A DNA stretch of 64,000 nucleotides from Octopus vulgaris (Eukaryota). Location of the stretch: the NCBI GenBank assembly GCA_951406725.2, contig OX597818.1, positions 84,506,001 to 84,570,000 of the forward strand, written 5' to 3'. The position numbers were made by a program, and so were the translations under genes. Below the pieces are notes generated by a model. The model was not told the origin of the DNA. It did not search any database and saw only the letters and a list, made by a program, of their open reading frames with translations. Below, piece by piece: positions 55,670 through 64,000 of the stretch (position 1 is its first letter; the number at the start of each line of letters is the position of its first letter).

Positions 55670-55853
55670 TGTGTATACTTTCATTTCAGATTGCAACGAG
55701 GCAGCTAACGACAAAGAGGGAAAAGACACACATATATATATATATTCATATAATATATATATATATATATAAAAGTAGATAACTATATAGATATAGCTAC
55801 ATGTATTTATAAATATATGTGTGTGTGTATATGTATGCATTTTTGTATGTATG

Positions 55854-55910
<57 letters not shown>

Positions 55911-55912
55911 GC

Positions 55913-55943
<31 letters not shown>

Positions 55944-56405
55944 TGCATGTATGTATGTATGTATGTATGTATGTATGTATGTATGTATGTATGTATAATT
56001 AATGAAGATGTAGAGAGCGAGACGAGTAAGAGAAGTGAACGGAAGATAAGGAAGATGTCAAGAAAAAAGAAGGGTGCAACTGAAAGACGGGAGAAGGAGG
56101 TGGGGTGGTTCTTTCGTGTCGATGGATTTGCATCGTTGCTTTGAATCGAGGAATATAAGAAATAAGATGAGCCAACGAGACAAAGTAAGAACTAGAGGGG
56201 GGAGGGAAGGGGAAAGGATGAGAGAGAAGAGTGTGATGCACGTCTATCTGTAGTTACCTCAAGAGAAAGGGGCCTATAAGTGAGAAGGAAAACACGCACA
56301 CACATGCACATACACACACACACATCTATATAAATATATATAAAATATATGTGTGTGCGGGTGTGTGAATGTATTAAAAGACGGACAGGATGATAAATAC
56401 ATAGA

Positions 56406-56445
<40 letters not shown>

Positions 56446-56494
56446 TATATTTAGACACAGATGTATACACACACACACGCACACACACACACAC

Positions 56495-56552
<58 letters not shown>

Positions 56553-56571
56553 AATACATATATATATATAC

Positions 56572-56612
<41 letters not shown>

Positions 56613-57221
56613 CATATGTGTGTGTGCGTGTCTATCTGTCTATGTGTGAGTGTGTGCGGGTTTCTGCGTTGATATATAGATACATACATTACATAGGGTG
56701 AATATAATGCCTCTGTGTGTGTTGTGGTGAGTGTGAGAGAGAAAGAGGGAGAGAGAGAGAGCGAGAGAGGGAAAATCACATATGTGAGTGTTTGTTTGTA
56801 AGTTTGTATGTATGTATATAGATTGCTATACATATATGAATTCTGTATACATACTGTATATATATAATATAAAGAGAAACAAAGAGACAGAGGGACAGTG
56901 ACAGGGAGAGAGAGATAGATAGATGTATATATATATATATATATATGTATATATTCTTATAAGCATATATGCATACATTTGACGCAAGAGAAAGAATGGC
57001 AGCAGGGATTTCTCTTTGAACATCCGGTGCCTTTTTTATCGCTACAATAAATGATGTCGATGATCAAGACAGGGGTTGGTGCGAACCCATAAATCTACTC
57101 ACACTGTTTGCGCGTGCGCGCGGAGCTGCAAGCCTATGGGTGGTGTATTGTGGCAATCGGTAAGATGTATGGAGGTACCGAGGGGCTGTACCTGTGCTTC
57201 CGAATATATATATATACATAC

Positions 57222-57270
<49 letters not shown>

Positions 57271-57579
57271 CATATATATACATATATATATATATATACA
57301 TACATATATGCATGCATACATACATATATACAAGCATTCATACATACATGCATACATACATGCATACATACATATATTTAGGCATGCTTGCGCATATGCG
57401 TACAGGCTTCCTATAGAGGCACATATATAGACGCGTACGGACCATTATAACATTTCCAAAAGGATGGGTGATACGTAATATACAGAAGCGAATAATTCTA
57501 ATTTGTGCATCTTTATGTATACATGTATGTACGTACATATGAATGTATGAAAGGATGGATGTTTATATATATATGTACA

Positions 57580-57610
<31 letters not shown>

Positions 57611-57708
57611 ATCAATATATTCATGTTTATATGTGTTTAGGCACAAACAGACGCACTCATACACCGACACACGTATATATATTTTACCATATATGTGTGT
57701 GTGTATAT

Positions 57709-57741
<33 letters not shown>

Positions 57742-57742
57742 C

Positions 57743-57787
<45 letters not shown>

Positions 57788-57797
57788 AATATGTATA

Positions 57798-57834
<37 letters not shown>

Positions 57835-57977
57835 GGCTGAAAGAAGTGAAGCAGCTTGAGCATGTCTGCATGCATGATACGCGCAGGCAAGCAGCAACCC
57901 CGTGAATGTAGAAGGATGATTCAGCGCCAATGACACATAGTGCTCCCTCAATTTAATGGCATATAATATACGCATAT

Positions 57978-58076
<99 letters not shown>

Positions 58077-58527
58077 TATGTGTATGTGTGTATGTATGAT
58101 ATTGCATATGACCTCGGCTCCATTAGCCGTTTCCTTGAAACGCTTCCTGTTTTATTTATTATCCGATTTTGCCTCCAACAGACACGTTAGAACTCCTTTC
58201 TTCTTCTTACGACAGACTAAATTATTCCCCTTTGTGACCTCATCTGTCCCTCTTAATATCTATTTGTTTATTTATCTATGCATTTATTAGCAACTTAGTA
58301 TATAATATACATGTCTTCAGTTTTTTTATTTTGCTACTTTGGCTATACCAGGACACAATTTTCAAGGTCATTAGATGGTCTTATCGATGCAAGTATCAAT
58401 TTTTAATTGGATAGTTATATTATGAACCTCTGTCGAAGCTCAAAATTATAGGACTTCAATCTGCGCATTGACACTGGCGTCTAGAATGGTATAAACATAA
58501 ACGTATACTTAAACACACACCACACGT

Positions 58528-58589
<62 letters not shown>

Positions 58590-59071
58590 GTATATAAATT
58601 AGAGAAAACCACTATTATTCAATTCAAACAATGATAGACATAATTCAAATCATAAATAAAAAATAAAATATATCTTTTTAAAACATATATCTAGATCCCA
58701 AAATGTACAAAAAGGAATAAAAAATATATAATATGTAAAGAAATACGTACGATTCATGACTATAATTTAAATTCGAATTATAATTCAATTTGAATTTAAA
58801 TTTCATCGAAAAACAATTCAATTCAAAATTATAGTCACTCTTCAGGTTAACAATAATAATAACAGTAATAGTTAAATAAATAAGCAAATAGAATTAAACA
58901 ATATTTCTTAAAGACATAAAATCATGATTATTCTTATAGAAGAAACTCCATTAACAAAATTAGAAATTTAAAACATTAGGACCAGATGCCTACAATACAT
59001 TTATTATGTTAAATATTTAAGGTAAAAAATATATATTGAGATAAAGGAGGCAGTTAGAATTTTCGACAATT

Positions 59072-59119
59072 ATTTCTTAGCGCGCTTTCATCCATTCATG
59101 AGGATTTATCAAAATAAAT
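59072..59119 (-). ncRNA. Degenerate hammerhead motif
   Basis: atttat-TTGATAA-ATCC tcatgaat GGAT-GAAA-GCGCGC-TA-agaaat; two transitions in CUGANGA; palindromic helix III. Confidence 0.55.
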
Positions 59120-59453
59120 TTTATGAAAAGTTTCTTGGTTTTTATACAAATGAAGAGGAGAGGTGAGAGAGAAAAGAAAGCATTAATAAAGAATTATCCA
59201 AAATTCTGACTGCCTCCTTTATATTAATATACAATATCTGTACATTACTTCAAACCCCCTCCCAGACCTCAGCTCGGAAGTTTCTTAGGGACTGTGCTAT
59301 TGCTGAAAAGTCGGTCAACTTATACTAGATTCACCCGTCCTGAAAATGCAATATCCTTACGTATCTCACGTCTATTTTCATTCCTCCACTTCACTCTATA
59401 GTTCATATCTTCTCTATAATAACTATTCCTTAAACATTTTCTTTTCTCGCACC

Positions 59454-59501
59454 GTCTCAGATGAATGGATATATAAAATATCCCGGAAACAGCTGTAAGA
59501 C
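59454..59501 (+). ncRNA. Type-I hammerhead motif (U4A variant)
   Basis: GTCT-CAGATGA-at-GGATAT ataaa ATATCC-cg-GAAA-CAGCTG-TA-AGAC; helices I, II and palindromic III all pair. Confidence 0.75.
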
Positions 59502-60244
59502 CTTTTCTTTATAAATGTTCTGAAAATTATTCACAGCCTTGGATTTTTTTATCTCATACACGACCTACTTTGGACTCCCCATTCGTATCATTATCGAACC
59601 TGGAGCTTAACTATAGTCAGTCAATAGCACTTACTCAGCATTACCTGACATCTTTGGGTCTTCTTGACACCAATACCTCTCATACTATATATATATAAAC
59701 ACTGACGATATTGTATTTACTTATATCTGTTCAATAGTTCCTTTCACCGCGGGCGATTACGCAGCTTAAAATTTTAGGTCCAATAAGGCCTGAACAACAC
59801 CTCACAAGCCCCCTTCTCCCTATTGGCATGATCCAGAGTCAAAATACACTTCACCAATTCTAGGTCACACACTCAAATATGTGGGTGCCTTATGATCTCA
59901 ATCGAAAGCCAAATAGTTCAATGTTTTTTCCTGCATAACTGGTTCTATATCAGAATGAGCTTCTAGATACATGCTTTAACAAAAGCTGATTGGCACCCCA
60001 GACCTCAGCTCAGAATTTCTTAGGGTCTGTGCTATTGAACGAAAAATCGTTCAACTTATACTAGATTCACCCGTCATTGCGACAGCTTTTGATTTTAGTT
60101 CTGCAATGTTTCCCTTAACCAAGCAAGCCTAGTTGGGGTGCCGGTTAGTAGCAGATGACCCGACCATGCAACAGGTTGTACTAGATTCCATGTTACCAGT
60201 AGCACTCATACATACCTACGTACGTGCATACATAATATATATGC

Positions 60245-60333
<89 letters not shown>

Positions 60334-60339
60334 ATAAAT

Positions 60340-60383
<44 letters not shown>

Positions 60384-61687
60384 TAAGAAATGGAGTCAAA
60401 CATAGGTGTTATTCTAATCATTAATACTTCCAACTTATATGTTTCAAAGAAAGCATTGAGATTATCCCGGAAAGTATACAAATGATGTAAAACAATGCAA
60501 TCATCTCGTCAGGGGAAAAAAGAGAAATAAAATCACATGAATAAGCCATTTTAACCGAATGTGATTACCGCGTATATGATGAAGGGGGACACTGGTAAGT
60601 AATTAAAAAAAAAAAAACTGCTAATAGATTTAACGCCAAAGGTAATTTAAATAAAGAGAAGGGGGAGAAAGAAAGAAATGAACAGGAAATTAAGAATGGG
60701 ACAATATAGTGTGATAGATGAATGTAAATAAAGTTTAAAAGCGTGGAAATGGATATATATACAATATTTACATTATTTGCATTTGACGGATATTTGTCCT
60801 CATGTTGTTTGTTGTTAACACAACGTTTCGGCTGATATACCCTCCAGCCTTCGTCAGGTGTCTTGGGGAAATTTCGAAGTTATTGTTATGCAAAGAAATG
60901 ATTTGTAAAAGGTTTTTGGTGCTTGAATTATCCTAATTCGGTGTAAATTGATAATGGAAGGGTATTTGGAATTCTTTTGGAAAATTCTTATCTATAGCTT
61001 CACAAAACTGATAAGGGAGGTTGGATTTGATTTGCTTATCATATGGAAACCGTTTTGCTAGGATACACCCTGTTATAAGGGTAATTATCTTTAAAAGTCC
61101 TAAACTTATTTTTATTACGTATAAAGTGATACAGGGAACAGTTATCTCTCTTACGCTGCAAAATTACATTTTTCAGTTTAGTGTTATTCGAACTAAAATT
61201 TATATTGTTATTACCGTTATGGTGTGTTTTATTGTCCTGATTAATAGAGGTAGAATTAATGTCAATAGGGTTATTATAGGTAATATTTTCTTTATAGCCT
61301 GCTTTAAGTAAGGGAAAGTTATAAAATTAAGCTTTATTGTTGAAGATATCCACATTAGCAGATAATCTAGAAAGTCTATGTGAAATATTTCTAACTTAGT
61401 TCCTTGTAATAGCCTTCAGATGATTACTGAAAGAGTTAATATATTTTAAATCAGTTGAGGGTTTATGGCATGGGACATATGAATCATTATATAAATTAAG
61501 GGTAATATCCAAAAAGTCTGTTAAAATGGCTTCTTGATGCGTTTTGTTTCTCTTTTTACCCTCACGAGAAGATTGTATTGTTTTACATCATCTTTATTTG
61601 CTGTGGAATAACCTCAATGCTATCCTCGAAACGTATGTTGGAAGTATAAAGGATTTGAATAACATCCGCGTTTGACTCCATTTCTTA
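60384..61687 (-). mobile_element. 5'-truncated Penelope-like element bounded by inverted pLTRs (60384-60555 and 61520-61687)
   Basis: Minus strand 61520-60880: DFLDITLNLYNDSYVPCHKPSTDLKYINSFSNHLKAI..ISHRLSRLSANVDIFN..LLKAGY..PYDKQIKSNL..AIDKNFP..NLLQIISLHN (PLE RT domain 7, thumb and linker). Confidence 0.9.
60817..60862 (-). ncRNA. Intact minimal type-I hammerhead ribozyme
   Basis: GACAC-CTGACGA-A-GGCTG gagggtatat CAGCC-GAAA-CG-TT-GTGTT: complete core, 5-bp helices I and II, palindromic ACGT helix III. Confidence 0.88.
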
Positions 61688-61842
61688 ATTTATCTCTGTT
61701 ATACAAAAACAATTCACTTAACCCTGGAATTTCCCCCTTTATAGGTGGGCTGTAATATCCTTGACACTTATGTGAATTTTTGCTACCTTGGTAAGTATTG
61801 TTTTCCTTGTTATCTGTACACATTGAAAAATACACATACATT

Positions 61843-61894
<52 letters not shown>

Positions 61895-62163
61895 CATACA
61901 TGCATGCATACATACATACATGCATACATACGTACATATATATATACATACATACATGAATACATACATACTTAAATACGTACATATATACATAAATACA
62001 TACATGCATACATACATACATACATACATACATACATACATACATACATACATACATACATACATACATACATACATACATGCATGCATACATACATACA
62101 TACATACATACATACATACATACATACATACATACATACATACATACATACATACATACATAC

Positions 62164-62316
62164 AACGGGCTTCTTTCAGTTCCATCTACCAAATCCATTC
62201 ATAGGATATTGGTCGACCCGAGGTTTTAGTAGAAGACACTTACACAAGGTGTCAGGCAGTGGGCCTGAACTCGGAACCCTGTTGTTGGAAAGCAAGCGTC
62301 TTACCACACAGCCACA
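62164..62316 (-). mobile_element. SINE family B 5' half adjoining (TACA)n
   Basis: Reverse complement of head and CORE-like segment. Confidence 0.85.
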
Positions 62317-62924
62317 CTATTGCGATCACGTGTTGCACACATATGTTGCACTCACGATCGATAGAGCGTGAATCCAATACCCGGCCCGAGTGGCACGTTG
62401 TGTTCTAGAGCAAAACAGTTCATTTCACGTTGCTCCAGTCCACTCAGCTGTAAATGGCCCACGCTGCAACGGACTAGCCTTCCGGTCAAGGTGAAAGTCG
62501 GCCAACTAGCTTAGCCTGCAAGGATGCAAAGCGCATTGTGACCAGCGATGGATAACAAGATTGATAGTCTAGCTGATTATGTGATACACATACACACACA
62601 CGCACAAACACACATGTATACAATACAAGGTTAAGTTCAAAGTTATACCCTCTCTTGTCTCTGTAATTTGTTAGAGCAAAAGCAGAAGTTGAGCAATTAC
62701 ATAATTTCTCAAGAGAGTCTTCTTGCTCTTCGGTGCAGTTCCTCTAGCAGTCCATCAGCTTGCTTATACCTTCGCAGACTAAGTATTTCAGCTGGTCGCG
62801 CAGCCATCAATGACTACTTTCTACACTTTTTTGTTCATTGCAAATCGAATGGGCGTTTGAGCAGTTCAGAGAGATTTATAGTCAGAATGGGCAAGATGCG
62901 ACCTCTAAGCAGTATGCTCAAGGT

Positions 62925-63390
62925 AGAAGAGGAAGGAGAAGGAGAAGGAGAAGGGGAGAAGAAGGAGGAGGAGGAGGAGGAGAAGAAGAAGAAGAAGAAT
63001 TAGTAGAAGAAGAAGAAGAAGGAGAAGAAGAAGAAGAAGAAGGAGAAGAAGAAGAAAAAGAAGAAGAAGCAGCAGAAGAAAAAGAAGAAGAAGAAGAAGA
63101 AGAAGAAGAAGAAGAAGAAGAAGAAGAAGAAGAAGAAGAAGAAGAAGAAGAAAGAAATGTACTTAATACTATTTGCCATTCTACTCATTAACACCTATCT
63201 TTCGTCCAGAGACTCGATTAGAATTCTATTTCATTTTCCCTCTTTCTTCCTTATTTCTTCTACATCTTCATCATGTTGCTGTTGTTGTTTTTCTTCTTCT
63301 TCTTCTTCTTCTTCTTCTTCTTCTTCTTCTTCTTCTTCTTCTTCTTCTTCTTCTTCTTCTTCTTCTTCTTCTTCTTCTTCTTCTTCTTCT
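62925..63390. repeat. (GAA)n and (TTC)n arrays in opposite orientation
   Basis: Read directly. Confidence 0.9.
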
Positions 63391-63551
63391 TCCCTTCCCC
63401 TCCTCCTTCCCTTAATTCTTTACGCCTCGCATGTTCTTTATACTAATCATTCATGCTCTTATGCTTTCATTTACTTTTATTTGCTTTCTTGTTTCCTCCC
63501 GATATAAACCAAAAAATCAATGTCTGGAAGGTGCACAATGTAAGAGCGTAC

Positions 63552-63688
63552 CTTTGATGCAAATCTGATGAAGTGCCTCTCTAATATCTAAAACCACAAA
63601 CATTACGTAAATTCTCCCTTGGAATTCTTGTGTAAACTGGCTTTTCAATCAGGGTTCGTACAGAAACAATTGTAACTGATCATTAAAG
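63552..63688 (+). ncRNA. Candidate hammerhead with ~80-nt helix II loop
   Basis: ctttgatg..CTGATGA-A-GTGC-(81 nt)-GTAC-a-GAAA-CAATTG-TA..cattaaag. Confidence 0.5.
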
Positions 63689-63759
63689 TTAAAGCATTAA
63701 ATTAAAGTATTTAGATGTGTTAAAGTATTTAGTTGTCTTATTATTTACTTTATATTCAA

Positions 63760-63960
63760 GGAGGTGAGATAGCCGAATCGTTAACACGCCAAGCAAAATG
63801 ATAAGCGGCATTTCGTCCGTCCTTACGTTCTGAGCTCAAATGCCTCCGCGGTCGACATTACATTCTAGCCATTCGGAGCTGATAAAATTATTACCCGTTG
63901 AACACTAGGGTCGATGTAATCGACTTAACCTCTTTACAGGCCTTGAGCAAAAATTTGAAG
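63760..63960 (+). mobile_element. Decayed SINE family A
   Basis: gaatcgttaacacgcc..gcggcatttcgtccgtccttacgttctgag..ggtcgatgtaatcgact. Confidence 0.8.
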
Positions 63961-64000
63961 TCATTATAATATATACGTGTATATATATATATATATATAT

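Noticed and set aside
62668-63507. Poly-E/K/S ORFs and adjoining unique sequence
   Set aside because: (GAA)n/(TTC)n arrays; the upstream part gives no convincing protein motif.

Overview
This is animal DNA with no recognisable intact host gene. It is AT-rich, saturated with microsatellites and densely packed with decayed mobile elements. The SINE families and simple-repeat load point to an octopod cephalopod (Octopus-like); that is my inference from recalled repeat families, not a search result. Almost every ORF in the supplied track is a translation of simple repeats. Supported content: (1) many tRNA-derived SINEs of two main families, one Deu/Nin-domain-like and one CORE-like with an internal microsatellite; (2) non-LTR retrotransposon remnants (R4/Dong-like pieces in (TAA)n, RTE, CR1/L2); (3) two decayed Penelope-like elements (PLEs) plus solo pLTR-like pieces carrying about ten minimal type-I hammerhead ribozyme motifs, one with a fully intact core; (4) DNA transposon relics (piggyBac, mariner, maT/DD37D, pogo/Tigger and hAT MITEs, two non-autonomous Helitrons); (5) a full-length U6 snRNA copy fused directly to a triple-headed SINE. 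The strongest leads are the U6-SINE chimera, the hammerhead-bearing PLE repeats (some with a greatly lengthened helix II), a SINE/CR1 shared 3' tail, an RTE fragment captured inside a PLE endonuclease, and a 214-bp palindrome at a transposon end. Boundaries were read by eye and may be off by several bases.
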